In this document: positions 18,268 to 28,410 of the stretch, piece by piece
Layout: every line of letters begins with the position of its first letter
Position numbering within the stretch: the stretch's first letter is position 1
Notes under the pieces: generated by a model
The model's input: only the letters and a program-made list of their open reading frames with translations
What the model was told of the DNA's origin: nothing
Database searches by the model: none
Assembly (NCBI GenBank): GCA_051252135.1
Contig: JBPOGH010000009.1
Location: 137,098-201,097, forward strand
DNA from: Verrucomicrobiaceae bacterium
Lineage (GTDB): Bacteria > Verrucomicrobiota > Verrucomicrobiia > Verrucomicrobiales > Akkermansiaceae
DNA: 64,000 nt
Reading direction: 5' to 3'
Position numbers and translations under genes: made by a program

Positions 18268-19263
18268 TTAAATCCATCCCCGTTTCCGAAAAATAACCAA
18301 CAGGGTCGTTGCGATGGTCGCCATTACGCCAATCAGAATAAAGTAGCCTCCCTTCGCGCCCAACTCCGGGATGTACTCAAAGTTCATCCCATAAATGCCT
18401 GCCAAAAATCCCAAGGGAACAAAGATCGCCGTGATGATCGTTAACACCTTCATGATTTGGTTGAGTCGATGCGAGGACAAGGACAGGTAGCCGTCGATGA
18501 GGTCGGACGCCAATTCATAATAGAGTTGGGTCAAACTACCCGCACGTTCCTGCTGTTCGTAAACATCATTCATTTCGTGCTTTTCCTCGGAGGTGAACCC
18601 CGGGAACCTTTTGCTCCGGAGATCCGCAAGGATCTGTTCGTGATAAATGAAAGTCCTGCGCAGTCTTTTCAGGTCCGTTTTATAACCGGTCAGCTCGGCC
18701 AGAACGGCATCATCGGTGCGTGAGAGCAATTCCGCTTCGATGTTTTCAAGCTTGGGTTCCAGATTCAGCAGGATGGTGAGAAATCGATCGATGAACAACC
18801 TGATGATCTTCAACGCCAGCGCGTCGGTTCCCAGCGCGAACCGGGCAGAGTCACCTTGCAGCTCGGTTCTCAAACGGTCGAGGCTGCGACTATTTCCTGA
18901 CGTGCGGGTGATCAGGAAGCGCTCACTCACAAACATCGCCATTTGAATCAATGAAAAGTTGGAATCCTTGGAATCCCTTGAAAGCGGTTTAAAAAGCAAA
19001 AAGGTGTGACCTTTGAATTCCTCGATCTTGGGAGGATGGCGATCCCGGTTTGCATCCTGCAGTCCCAGCGGATGAAGCTGGAATCGGGACCGGAGCATCT
19101 CAAATTCCGAATCACTGAAGGCCCCGTCGAAGTGAACCCATATTCTCGTATCCGGATCCCCCGACCACCGCTCGATCAGCTCTTCCGAACCCTCTTCAAT
19201 GACTGAGGACCTGGGATCAAAAAGCATGCATTTCATATCCTCATAATCTAAGCCTGTCTTCAT
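18268..19263 (-). CDS. corA: CorA family Mg2+/Co2+ transporter
   Basis: LHPL...HPPKIE; two C-terminal TM helices flanking YGMNFEYIPEL. Confidence 0.92.
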   Translation of the reverse strand: MKTGLDYEDMKCMLFDPRSSVIEEGSEELIERWSGDPDTRIWVHFDGAFSDSEFEMLRSRFQLHPLGLQDANRDRHPPKIEEFKGHTFLLFKPLSRDSKDSNFSLIQMAMFVSERFLITRTSGNSRSLDRLRTELQGDSARFALGTDALALKIIRLFIDRFLTILLNLEPKLENIEAELLSRTDDAVLAELTGYKTDLKRLRRTFIYHEQILADLRSKRFPGFTSEEKHEMNDVYEQQERAGSLTQLYYELASDLIDGYLSLSSHRLNQIMKVLTIITAIFVPLGFLAGIYGMNFEYIPELGAKGGYFILIGVMATIATTLLVIFRKRGWI

Positions 19264-19485
19264 GATAGGCGATCTTTAAAAGACGCGAGATGTCGGGCAT
19301 CCACTCATGATCCTGATTTCACTTCTCTCGGATCCCCTCTCAGTCTTTTTCCTGCGAGTGGCGTGAATCTACACAAACTTGGCGGATGCCACCTAGCCGC
19401 GGCGGAAGCCTTAAGGGGATGATTTCGTGAGGCGCACGCGAACCGGGAAAAATAGAATCGTATCGTCTACACGCCGTTCGGTCCC

Positions 19486-20442
19486 ATGAAAATACTCGCT
19501 TTCTTCTTCTTCCTCACGCCGCTTGTCGCAAAGCCCACCCTTTGGATCATCGGTGACTCCACCGTGCGTAATAATACCGCCGGCCAGCAAGGCTGGGGCG
19601 ACTCCCTGATAAAGGAATTTGACCCCGCGGAAATCACCGTCGTCAACCGGGCCATTGGAGGTCGTAGCAGCCGCAGCTTCATCACCGAAGGTCGCTGGGA
19701 CGCCATTCTTACCAATCTGAAGGAGGGCGATTTCGTCCTCATGCAGTTCGGACATAACGATGGCGGAGAGAGATTCAACGGAGTCCGCCCTCGAGCCAGT
19801 ATCAAAGGGACCGGCAACGAAACCGAAATCGGGATCGTCGAAACCACAGGGAAAGAGGTAACCGTTCACTCCTACGGCTGGTATATTCGAAAATACTGTC
19901 GGGACACCCTCGCAAAAGGAGCCACTCCGATCGTTGCTTCCCTCATCCCCCGCAACATCAGGGGAGATGACGGAAAAATCGCACCCGATACCAAAAGCTA
20001 CGCCGTTTGGGCTGAAGTCAGCGCCAAGCAAACCGGAGCTCACTTCATTCCCTTCAACAAGATCCTCGCGGGGGAATTCAACGCCCTCCCCAAAGGTGAG
20101 GTCGATGCCATCTTCTGTGGAACCGACCACACTCATACCAGCAGAAAAGGGGCCGCCTTCAACGCCCGCATACTCGCTTGGGAACTCCGCAAGCTCCCTG
20201 ATTGCACAATAGGGGAACACCTCATCGCCTCCCTTTGGTTACCGCATCTCTTTTCCGATCATATGGTGCTCCAGCGAGATTGGACCTTTCGTGACTGGGG
20301 TCGCGTCCATGTCGGGTCTCAAGTTTCAGTTAGACTCGCCAATCAAACGCAATCCACCTCACCAAACACAGGAAGCTTCGTTATGACCAACGCCAGCAAC
20401 AGCCAGAAGGGAAATAGCACAGAAGGTGCCCTTTACAATTGA
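19486..20442 (+). CDS. SGNH/GDSL rhamnogalacturonan-acetylesterase-like protein with truncated sialate O-acetylesterase tail
   Basis: IGDSTV, GGRSSRSF, QFGHND, DHTHTS; followed by LPHLFSDHMVLQRD...WG, which decays and stops. Confidence 0.8.
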   Translation: MKILAFFFFLTPLVAKPTLWIIGDSTVRNNTAGQQGWGDSLIKEFDPAEITVVNRAIGGRSSRSFITEGRWDAILTNLKEGDFVLMQFGHNDGGERFNGVRPRASIKGTGNETEIGIVETTGKEVTVHSYGWYIRKYCRDTLAKGATPIVASLIPRNIRGDDGKIAPDTKSYAVWAEVSAKQTGAHFIPFNKILAGEFNALPKGEVDAIFCGTDHTHTSRKGAAFNARILAWELRKLPDCTIGEHLIASLWLPHLFSDHMVLQRDWTFRDWGRVHVGSQVSVRLANQTQSTSPNTGSFVMTNASNSQKGNSTEGALYN

Positions 20443-20477
20443 CCGCCTTCGGTTTCCTCAAGCGCCGCCGGAATTAA
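20439..20477 (+). pseudogene. Possible 3' remnant of a PEP-CTERM gene
   Basis: Reads LTAFGFLKRRRN-stop directly before a terminator; no PEP motif or upstream body remains. Confidence 0.4.
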
Positions 20478-20497
20478 CTCTTCCTGCTCACCAAACT

Positions 20498-20533
20498 AAA
20501 AAGCCGTTCTTGTTTCACAAGTACGGCTTTTTT
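20498..20533. terminator. Bidirectional terminator
   Basis: AAAAAGCCGT...ACGGCTTTTTT between convergent genes. Confidence 0.8.
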
Positions 20534-20570
20534 AATGGATCGAAGAAAACATCCGGGGCTCGATCTAAAA

Positions 20571-22484
20571 CTAGAGGTCCCAAAGATAGGCCTCGAGCGC
20601 TGCGCGATCTTCTTTTGACAGCGCCTTGTAGGCCTCCACCGATCCTTCGGCCTCTCCGCCATGCCAAAGGATCGCCTCGGCGAGACTTCGGGCGCGTCCA
20701 TCGTGAAGAAGCTGGATGACGTTCTTATTGGCCGCATCCTGCGTATCCCGATAGGTCACGTGAATATCGCCGGAGCGAAATCTTCCGACCTGATCATCGG
20801 CTGCATGGCGTTTGTTCTTCAGCGCCCAGAGCGGAGCCGTCCGCCATTTTCTTCCAAGAGGGGAGGGGTCTTTGTCCCTCAAGCCTTCACCCATATCATG
20901 CAACAGCAGATCGGTGAAAGGGTGGATTGTCTGGTTGCTTAACTCGGGGAAGTTCGCCTTGCCGGTGCGCAAAGTTGGCACATGGCATTGCTGGCAGTTG
21001 AGACTGAGAAAGACGCCCTCGCCACGCACCACATCAGGATGCCCGGGGTTCGTGCGTGGCGGCACACCCAGGAGAGAAACGTAAGCCTCAAGTTCGGCCA
21101 ACGCGCTCGGCTCCAGCTCCTGAACGCCCATGTCCTCGCGGAGTGCACTTTGATTCTGGTCGCTTACCGTTGGCTGCTCCGCCTTCCATCCAAATCGACC
21201 GAATTTTTCTCCAACGCGCCGGGGACTGCCCGTCGACACTTTGGCCAATTCGAGGATCGTTTCGTCGGACACAGCCTCGAGCAAGCCCGCACCGATGATT
21301 GCGGGTGGCGTGCGCGGAGAGATTGCGGTCGCAGGTTTTCCGTCGATGTGAAAAATGGGCTTCGAAAGCTCGACCACCGTTCCATCGGCCAATTTGACCT
21401 CACGTGTCTCGTAGCGAGCGATGGTAAGAGTCCCTTCGCTGTTATCGCCATCGGTTTGCAGCTGGCTACCGTGTGGTGATGTGGGATCAGTAAGACGGAG
21501 AAGGGTGGTGTGGATGGGTTTTCCCAAAGCCGGCAAAAGAGCCCCCGCGTTGTGCACGTGGCAGCTGTTGCACGAAACCGTGTTGTAAGCGCTCCCGGCG
21601 AGGCCCTTCCGCGCAGCCTGCATCTCGTCGAAAAAAATCGAAGGCTTGTCGTCCGATGGGTCGCTTAGGTGCTTGCCGCTCACCATGTCGGTATGGAACC
21701 ACGCCCGTCCGCTGAGGAAAGCTTGCGCGTTCTCTGGTTTGAGATTGAGAGCGTGCTGTTGCAGGGCGGCCCAAGGCTCGACCCGGACGGTGGGAATGGT
21801 GGTCCTCCCGCCCGCGTAGCGCTTCGGGGATGCGACTTCTTGAGGGGATTCGAAGTTGTCGATAAGAAGTCCGGGTTCGCCGATCTTGATTCGAAAGAAC
21901 TCGGAGTAATAGGCAAAGAGGTTATGCGGGTTGTGCTTCTTTTGCTTGGCCCACCCGGGATGGGTCTCACTGTTAAAGAATCGGAATTCAAAAGTGAGCT
22001 GCTTACCAACGATAAGGTCCTCCGGATTCTGGTGAAAGGAGAGTAAGCCCAACTCTTGCTCGAAATGAGTGAAGCCATCCACGTGTTTCATCCGCGTGTT
22101 GATCTTAAACTTGCTGCGCCCCGTTTCATCGCCCAGCGGGTCGCCTTTATAGACTGCCGAAAAATCGGTTCCGCGGGTGGGAATGTAGTCCTGCGGCCAT
22201 TCGGTGCGCAGCGTGAAGACCAACTTCTTTTCACCCCGCGGAGTGTAGTCCTCCACCTTAAACCAAGCGCGCCGGCCCTCCCAGTAGAACGGATTGTATT
22301 TCGAGAAATCCATGTCGTTCTCATGCCGCCGCCGCACTCGAATCACCCCCTCGGTCACCGCAACCCCATCAACCATCCGCGCATTCACGCGCTCGCCAAT
22401 CTCGTCGCCTGTGGCACCAGACGCCAATAAGGATAAACCCAGCGAAACCAGAAGAGCCGTAAGAATGTGCGCAGCAAAACCCAT
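20571..22484 (-). CDS. Di-heme oxidoreductase family (DHOR/DUF1111) protein with extra N-terminal domain
   Basis: CNSCH and CQQCH; GRFGWKA, PFTDLLLHDMG, WRTAPLW, LLHDGRARSLAEAILWHGGEA; signal peptide from MGFAAHIL. Confidence 0.88.
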   Translation of the reverse strand: MGFAAHILTALLVSLGLSLLASGATGDEIGERVNARMVDGVAVTEGVIRVRRRHENDMDFSKYNPFYWEGRRAWFKVEDYTPRGEKKLVFTLRTEWPQDYIPTRGTDFSAVYKGDPLGDETGRSKFKINTRMKHVDGFTHFEQELGLLSFHQNPEDLIVGKQLTFEFRFFNSETHPGWAKQKKHNPHNLFAYYSEFFRIKIGEPGLLIDNFESPQEVASPKRYAGGRTTIPTVRVEPWAALQQHALNLKPENAQAFLSGRAWFHTDMVSGKHLSDPSDDKPSIFFDEMQAARKGLAGSAYNTVSCNSCHVHNAGALLPALGKPIHTTLLRLTDPTSPHGSQLQTDGDNSEGTLTIARYETREVKLADGTVVELSKPIFHIDGKPATAISPRTPPAIIGAGLLEAVSDETILELAKVSTGSPRRVGEKFGRFGWKAEQPTVSDQNQSALREDMGVQELEPSALAELEAYVSLLGVPPRTNPGHPDVVRGEGVFLSLNCQQCHVPTLRTGKANFPELSNQTIHPFTDLLLHDMGEGLRDKDPSPLGRKWRTAPLWALKNKRHAADDQVGRFRSGDIHVTYRDTQDAANKNVIQLLHDGRARSLAEAILWHGGEAEGSVEAYKALSKEDRAALEAYLWDL

Positions 22485-22566
22485 TGCATTAAATTGCAGT
22501 TCCGTGACGACTTTTGCAACCCCAGAGTGGGGGAGTCGTAGCACCGAAGAGGTGATCGCCCCATCC

Positions 22567-24537
22567 TCACTCCATCAGCTCCTCCAGCGGAAACCTCAGA
22601 AAGAACAACTCGGTCTCTCCCTCGTAAAGCACCCCCACGTGATCCTCTCCAATCGGAGCCAGACACGAATACCCGTTCCCCGATCGCGCATCATAAAGCG
22701 TGTGCCATTTCTCCGGCCAAGTCATCCCGTCGTCTTCCGAAATCTTAATCGTCAGATGGTAGCGCCCCCTCCGCGTGTTCGGATTCGAAAAGATCAATCG
22801 ATCTCCCATCCGCAGCAAGCTCGCCATGCACACCGGCTCATCCAGCGCCTTCCGATCCGTCGCGTGCATCGTCCAGGTTTCCCCAAAATCCTTCGTCACC
22901 CCAACCGTGCGCGACCCGCCACGGTTGTCCCGACAGTTCAACATCAGCGAGCCATCCTTCAGCTCCACCACCTGGGCCTCCGTCGTATTCGACTTAATCC
23001 CCGTGCCGACCTTCCACGTTTCCCCCCGATCTTTGCTGTAGAGAATCGTTGAAAATGGCGTTCCCTTTTTGCGCCCATCCGGATGCTTGTCACCATCCTG
23101 ATACTGCGCCGCAAACACCAGCGTGCCATCCTTCATCGTGATTCCCGCCCCCGGACCCTGCAGTAAAAAATGCCACTCCGGCTTCTTCACCTGCTCCGTG
23201 ATATTGCGCGGCTTGGACCAACTCACCCCATCGTCATCACTCCACACCAGCATGAGCTGCCCCGTCTCCTCCGGCGTCATCCCTTGTCCCGACCCATGCC
23301 ATGACCGGTCCCCGTGACTCCAGGTCCCCACCACCCAAATGCGACCGCTCTTCGCATCCACCAGGATCGCCGGATCACCCACGCCATCGTAGCGCCACTT
23401 CGGATCATCCCCCATATCCATGATCACCTTCATTGCCTCCCAGGTTTGCCCGCCATCCGTGCTCCGACTCATCCCCACATCAATATCCCCCGGTAAATCC
23501 CCACCGCTCCGATACCGCACATCATAAACTCCAATCAAGGTTCCCGCATTCGTCGTCGCCAGCCCCGGAATTCGAAACCCCTTCGACCCATCATCCCCGT
23601 GCATTCGCAAGCCAACCCCAATCCGCTGCGCACCCTTTGGCGATATCACCTCAGGCACCACCAACGCACCACCAATCTTCACCCCCAACACCCGCGCATC
23701 CACCACCCCATCCAAACTCGCCCCCTCGTTCAGTTCCAGCGACACCCAAAAGTAATTCTTCCCCCGCGCCAGAGTCTCTTCACCTTCACAGACCCAAGAA
23801 CCCCCAACCCTCTTCGCCTCTCCAAAAACGACCCCCTTACCCGGCCTCATCACATCACCTCCAAATAACACCCGCACCGCCTTCACCGAATCCAAATTAG
23901 TCGTCCCCTCCAGATCCAGCTTCACAGTCGTCACCGCTTTCGCCTCACCACGCCCTTTTGTCACCACCTTCAACCCCACCACCGGATTGTCCTTCTTCCG
24001 CATCAACACCGGAATCACCGGCTGAATCGTCGTCACTTGCTCCACCACCATCGGTTGGACTTTCTCAATGACCACATCATCCAACATCACCCCGGACTTC
24101 TCAGGCGACGTCGCCCGGAACCTCAAGTTCTCCGCTCCCTTAGGCAACACCACTCCGACCTCTGTCAAAAAACCACCCACCCGGATCACCTTGTCCCCAT
24201 TGAAAATTTCCTCCCACTGCCCATCTACCTCAGCCTCTATCCGGAGCTCAAACGGTCCCCGACTCGTCCACCGCTCCGCCCAAAACGACAACAACTTCCC
24301 ACCCGCATTCTCTTTCAAGGCCAACTTCACCTCACGCTTCACCCCACCCAAAATCCGCAATGACCGCTTCCCGCTCTTCGCATGCCCCTCATGAATCGCC
24401 ACATGCCCGTTCTCCGCCGACCATTCCCCAAGCTCACTCGGCTGTCTCTCAAAGACCCGCACCTTCATCCCCTCGAAACCTTCGCCAAAACCAGCGAAAG
24501 TCCCCGCCACAAAAAACAAACTCATCAATCGCTTCAT
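22567..24537 (-). CDS. nanH: Exo-alpha-sialidase (GH33) with N-terminal accessory domains
   Basis: FRIPG motif; five Asp-boxes (STDGGQTW, SDDDGVSW, SKDRGETW, TKDFGETW, SEDDGMTW); TTEAQVVE, GYS; signal peptide. Confidence 0.92.
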   Translation of the reverse strand: MKRLMSLFFVAGTFAGFGEGFEGMKVRVFERQPSELGEWSAENGHVAIHEGHAKSGKRSLRILGGVKREVKLALKENAGGKLLSFWAERWTSRGPFELRIEAEVDGQWEEIFNGDKVIRVGGFLTEVGVVLPKGAENLRFRATSPEKSGVMLDDVVIEKVQPMVVEQVTTIQPVIPVLMRKKDNPVVGLKVVTKGRGEAKAVTTVKLDLEGTTNLDSVKAVRVLFGGDVMRPGKGVVFGEAKRVGGSWVCEGEETLARGKNYFWVSLELNEGASLDGVVDARVLGVKIGGALVVPEVISPKGAQRIGVGLRMHGDDGSKGFRIPGLATTNAGTLIGVYDVRYRSGGDLPGDIDVGMSRSTDGGQTWEAMKVIMDMGDDPKWRYDGVGDPAILVDAKSGRIWVVGTWSHGDRSWHGSGQGMTPEETGQLMLVWSDDDGVSWSKPRNITEQVKKPEWHFLLQGPGAGITMKDGTLVFAAQYQDGDKHPDGRKKGTPFSTILYSKDRGETWKVGTGIKSNTTEAQVVELKDGSLMLNCRDNRGGSRTVGVTKDFGETWTMHATDRKALDEPVCMASLLRMGDRLIFSNPNTRRGRYHLTIKISEDDGMTWPEKWHTLYDARSGNGYSCLAPIGEDHVGVLYEGETELFFLRFPLEELME

Positions 24538-24589
24538 CACTCCAAAGGGTGACGTCTCATTCACCACCTGCATTTCACTTTATCTGGTC

Positions 24590-25780
24590 TTATTTTCCAA
24601 CCATCGACTCCAACAGCTGCCAGCAATACCACTGCATCCGCGGCAGATGAAAGGGGCCTTTAAAATGATTCCCCTTCACCGTCGATGAAAGCCGCCCGTC
24701 CCGATGAAAATACCCAAACCATTCCCCATGCTCATGGTCTGGAAAGGTATCATGCGCATACTCATGAATCAGGCGATGCCACTTCGCATATTTCTCATCT
24801 CCCGTCAGTTGATACGCCAGCAACGTCGCAATAATCGCCTCACACTGCGGCCACCAGAATTTCATATCGTGCCAATATTCCTGCACCGGCTTCCCGTGAA
24901 CATCCCGGAAATAAAGAATCCCGCCATGTTCCTCATCCCAACCCCACTTCCACATATAATCCAACATCCGACACCCCAACTCCACGAGCTCGGCATCACC
25001 ACCACGACGCTTCGCTTCATCCAGAATAAACCACGCGCCCTCAATCGCATGCCCCGGATTCAACGTCCGGGCATCAAAGTGATCCACCACCTCACCATCC
25101 ATCCCAATCTGCTCCATGACACACTCAATGTCATCCTTCACGAACTCCCGAATCTCATCAATAAACTCGCCAATTTTTCGCTCCGCCAGCGCACACCCGC
25201 CATTCGCCACGAGCACCTGGGCCACCTGTAAAAAAATCATCGGCACCCCGATCCCCTTCAACTCCCGCTCGCCCGTCCACTTCGGATCGCCCGCCGAAAC
25301 ACGCCCCTCCGCATAGTCCATGCACTTCGCAAAAAGCCCCCGCGCCTCCTCAATCCAAGCCTCTTCCCCCGACGCCTTCCCATAAGCCGCAAAGGCCATC
25401 ACCGCAAAAGCCTCGGAGAAATAATACCGCCGCTTCCGCAACGGCTTTCCCTCACGCGTCACCAGAAAAAACATCCGCCCATCTTCATCAAAGCAATGAG
25501 CCTTCAAAAACTCCACCCCGCTCTTCGCCGCCTCCAACCACTCGGGTCGCTTTTCCACGGTGTTGTAGAGCGTCGATAACATCCACGCAAAACGCCCCTG
25601 CAGCCACACCGACTTATCGTCATCAATCAAACTCCCATCCCGATCCCGCATCGATAAATATCCACCGAATTCCTCGTCGACGATATCAGGCATCCAAAAC
25701 TCCAAAGTATCGTCGAGCAAACTCGAGCGATAAAAATCCCGCAACCCCTCCAACTCATCTTTCGAATATCCACTCATCAT
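24590..25780 (-). CDS. N-acylglucosamine 2-epimerase (AGE family)
   Basis: DKSVWLQGR, NPGHAIE, KFWWPQCE, EWFGY, KGPFHLPR; ATGA overlap with the upstream transporter gene. Confidence 0.92.
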   Translation of the reverse strand: MMSGYSKDELEGLRDFYRSSLLDDTLEFWMPDIVDEEFGGYLSMRDRDGSLIDDDKSVWLQGRFAWMLSTLYNTVEKRPEWLEAAKSGVEFLKAHCFDEDGRMFFLVTREGKPLRKRRYYFSEAFAVMAFAAYGKASGEEAWIEEARGLFAKCMDYAEGRVSAGDPKWTGERELKGIGVPMIFLQVAQVLVANGGCALAERKIGEFIDEIREFVKDDIECVMEQIGMDGEVVDHFDARTLNPGHAIEGAWFILDEAKRRGGDAELVELGCRMLDYMWKWGWDEEHGGILYFRDVHGKPVQEYWHDMKFWWPQCEAIIATLLAYQLTGDEKYAKWHRLIHEYAHDTFPDHEHGEWFGYFHRDGRLSSTVKGNHFKGPFHLPRMQWYCWQLLESMVGK

Positions 25781-28410
25781 TTCTTCTGTGTCCAAATCGT
25801 CAACCCAGCCACTTCTTCATCAGTCGCGCGCAGGAAAAATCCCAGAATAACCCCCATCAGTAAGGTCGAAAAGAATCCAACCGCGCCATAGAGCAATGGC
25901 ATAAGATCAATCACTCCGGCTTCATTCATGAAATAAACTGAAATCACCGAAACCACTCCGAAAATAAGCGCAAGTAAACCAGCCTTCCCATTTGGTCTCC
26001 GTGAAAAAATCCCCAGCGCAAACAAGCCACCCAGCGGCCCCAGCGCAAATCCGATGAAGCGATTGAACAGCATAAACACCTCGTCCGTTTTGATCATCGC
26101 GAGATAGCTCGACACCCCGATTCCCACGAAACCCAAAACAATGACCACCTTCTTTGCGACACCGAGCCTCTGGTCATCGGAACTCTCTGGTTTCAAAATC
26201 CGCCCGTAAACATCCGTTACAAATGCTGTCGCCACCGAGTTGAGGGAACTCGAAATCGTCGACTGCGCCGCCGCAAACACCCCCGCGATAATCAACCCCG
26301 CCACGCCCATCGGCAGATTCTGCATAATGAAAAAGGGCAGGACACTGTCCTTCGCCGGTAAGCCTGGATCCATTAACTCAGGCTTCTCTTGGTAAAAGAC
26401 AAAGAGCGCCGTCCCCAAGCCAAAGAAGATCGCCGACCCCACCAGCACCATTCCAATATTCATCCACAAGGATTTGGCAGCTTCCTTCTCTGAAGGGGTG
26501 GTCACATATCGCTGCACCACATCCTGCCCCGAAGTGTATGATGGTAAATTCGCCATCATGAACGCCACGAATAACACAAAGCCCGAGGTCGATCCCTTCC
26601 CAATCGAAAGGTCACCAAAATCCCAACTCGCCGTGATTCCTTTCCCTTGCTCACTCATCGCTGAGCCAATTGCGCCAAGCCCTCCATCCACTTGCGACAC
26701 CACCAGCCCGAAACAAAGCAAAGCTCCACCGATCAAGACCAGTGCCTGAATCGCATCCGTCCAAACCACCGCTTCAATTCCACCCATCACGGTGTAAATC
26801 ACGCATAACACCCCAATCACCGCGATCGCGGCAAAGATGTCGATGTCCGTCACGCTCGAAAGAGCCAGCGCGGGTAAATAAAGCACAATCGCCACCCGTC
26901 CGACATGGAACAACATGAAGGTCACACTTCCTATCACTCGCGTCGCTACATTGAACCTCTTCTCCAGATATTCATAAGCCGTCGTAATGTTGAGGCGCCG
27001 ATAAAAGGGGAGGTAGCACATCACCACGAGGGGAACGATAATCAGAATCGGCCACTGTCCGATATATCCGTTCCAGTTCGTCGCATAGGCCGTTCCCGGG
27101 ACCGCCATGAAGGTAATCGCCGAGAGCATTGTTGCGAAGATCGACAAGCCAGCCACCCAAAATGGCACCTTCTGCCCGCCTCGAAAGTAAGCCTCCGTCG
27201 AAGAAGCTGCCTCCTTCTTCATAAACCAATAACCAATCGCCACCATCCCCAGCAGGTAGGCCACCACCACCACCCAGTTCACTACCCCGAAGCTCAACTT
27301 TGTCCCGCCCATCTCAGCGATCAGAACCTGAGGTGATCTCACGCCTGGCTTAATCTCACCCGTCGGCAAAATGACCTTCCCATTCCAAAAAACCACCGGG
27401 GTCGTCACCGGCGCAAGAGCCCCCTCCATTGGAAAACTACCCGCGTCCGCCCAGCGGTCCGTCACCGTATTATAGGACAATACCGAACCCGGAAAACCCG
27501 GATGATCCATCCCTTGACCGTTCAACTCAGGCCGCGCCGCGATCTGTTCCTTTAAAAAGTCCACCGTCACTCCGCCCAACATCAATAACGAACTCGCCCC
27601 CACCGGCACCGCCATCGATGGAGCCGCCGATCGCGACTCGGGCAAATCCGCCAAGCGCTTCCACGTTCCCGAAGCCGCCTCCAGCTCCCAACAATCGCTC
27701 AACCAATCCATCCCAAAAATCCGACCCTCTTCCTCCTCCTCCGAATCCGCAAAATCACGCCCCCCAAAAAGATAAAACTTCCCACCACGCACCCCCGCCA
27801 CCGGATACATTCGACCTCGTGCTCCATCGGGCCACCCGAGAGGTTTCCATTCAGAGGCTGCGGCAGGATATTGTTGTAAGCGATAAAGCTTTTTCAAAGT
27901 CACCTTTCCATCCGTCCCCGCCCCAACCAGAAGATGACCATCCACCATCGCCGCGACGCCCTCCGCCATTGGCTCAGGCAGAGACATCACCTTGCTGAAA
28001 ACAATCTTCCCTTCGGTCATTTCTACCGACCAAGAAGAACTGGAAACACCCGCGTCATTCTTCCCGCCCATGAACCAGAAACTTCCATCCTCAAGATTCA
28101 CCGACATCCCATACCCCATCTTCACCGGAAGCTTCACCTCCGCCTTCCGCCACTCTCCACCCTCCTTCAGCGGCAGCACAAAGACATCATCGTAATAAAT
28201 CTTCGCCCCACCTTCCCAGGGTCGCCCCTTCGGAAAATTCGCTCCACCTGCCACCACCAAAAAATCCTCATCACCCTCCTTCACCACCCCCGAATAAACA
28301 CCCGCAAAGCCCTCCCGATCCGGAAGATCAGGAAGACGCTCCCACTCCAGCGTCGCCCATAAAGTAGGGATCGCCAGCAGCCAGACCACAAGCGAGCCCG
28401 CCCACCTCAT
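25777..28410 (-). CDS. Fusion of a NanM-like Kelch mutarotase and a sodium:solute symporter (SiaT-like sialic acid transporter)
   Basis: Signal peptide; Kelch repeats with VAGGANFP...WEGGAK and GEIKPGVRSP; SSS domain with SIFATMLSAITF, YEYLEKRF, VVWTDAIQ, QDVVQRY, AAAQSTISSSLNS. Confidence 0.9.
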   Translation of the reverse strand: MRWAGSLVVWLLAIPTLWATLEWERLPDLPDREGFAGVYSGVVKEGDEDFLVVAGGANFPKGRPWEGGAKIYYDDVFVLPLKEGGEWRKAEVKLPVKMGYGMSVNLEDGSFWFMGGKNDAGVSSSSWSVEMTEGKIVFSKVMSLPEPMAEGVAAMVDGHLLVGAGTDGKVTLKKLYRLQQYPAAASEWKPLGWPDGARGRMYPVAGVRGGKFYLFGGRDFADSEEEEEGRIFGMDWLSDCWELEAASGTWKRLADLPESRSAAPSMAVPVGASSLLMLGGVTVDFLKEQIAARPELNGQGMDHPGFPGSVLSYNTVTDRWADAGSFPMEGALAPVTTPVVFWNGKVILPTGEIKPGVRSPQVLIAEMGGTKLSFGVVNWVVVVAYLLGMVAIGYWFMKKEAASSTEAYFRGGQKVPFWVAGLSIFATMLSAITFMAVPGTAYATNWNGYIGQWPILIIVPLVVMCYLPFYRRLNITTAYEYLEKRFNVATRVIGSVTFMLFHVGRVAIVLYLPALALSSVTDIDIFAAIAVIGVLCVIYTVMGGIEAVVWTDAIQALVLIGGALLCFGLVVSQVDGGLGAIGSAMSEQGKGITASWDFGDLSIGKGSTSGFVLFVAFMMANLPSYTSGQDVVQRYVTTPSEKEAAKSLWMNIGMVLVGSAIFFGLGTALFVFYQEKPELMDPGLPAKDSVLPFFIMQNLPMGVAGLIIAGVFAAAQSTISSSLNSVATAFVTDVYGRILKPESSDDQRLGVAKKVVIVLGFVGIGVSSYLAMIKTDEVFMLFNRFIGFALGPLGGLFALGIFSRRPNGKAGLLALIFGVVSVISVYFMNEAGVIDLMPLLYGAVGFFSTLLMGVILGFFLRATDEEVAGLTIWTQKK

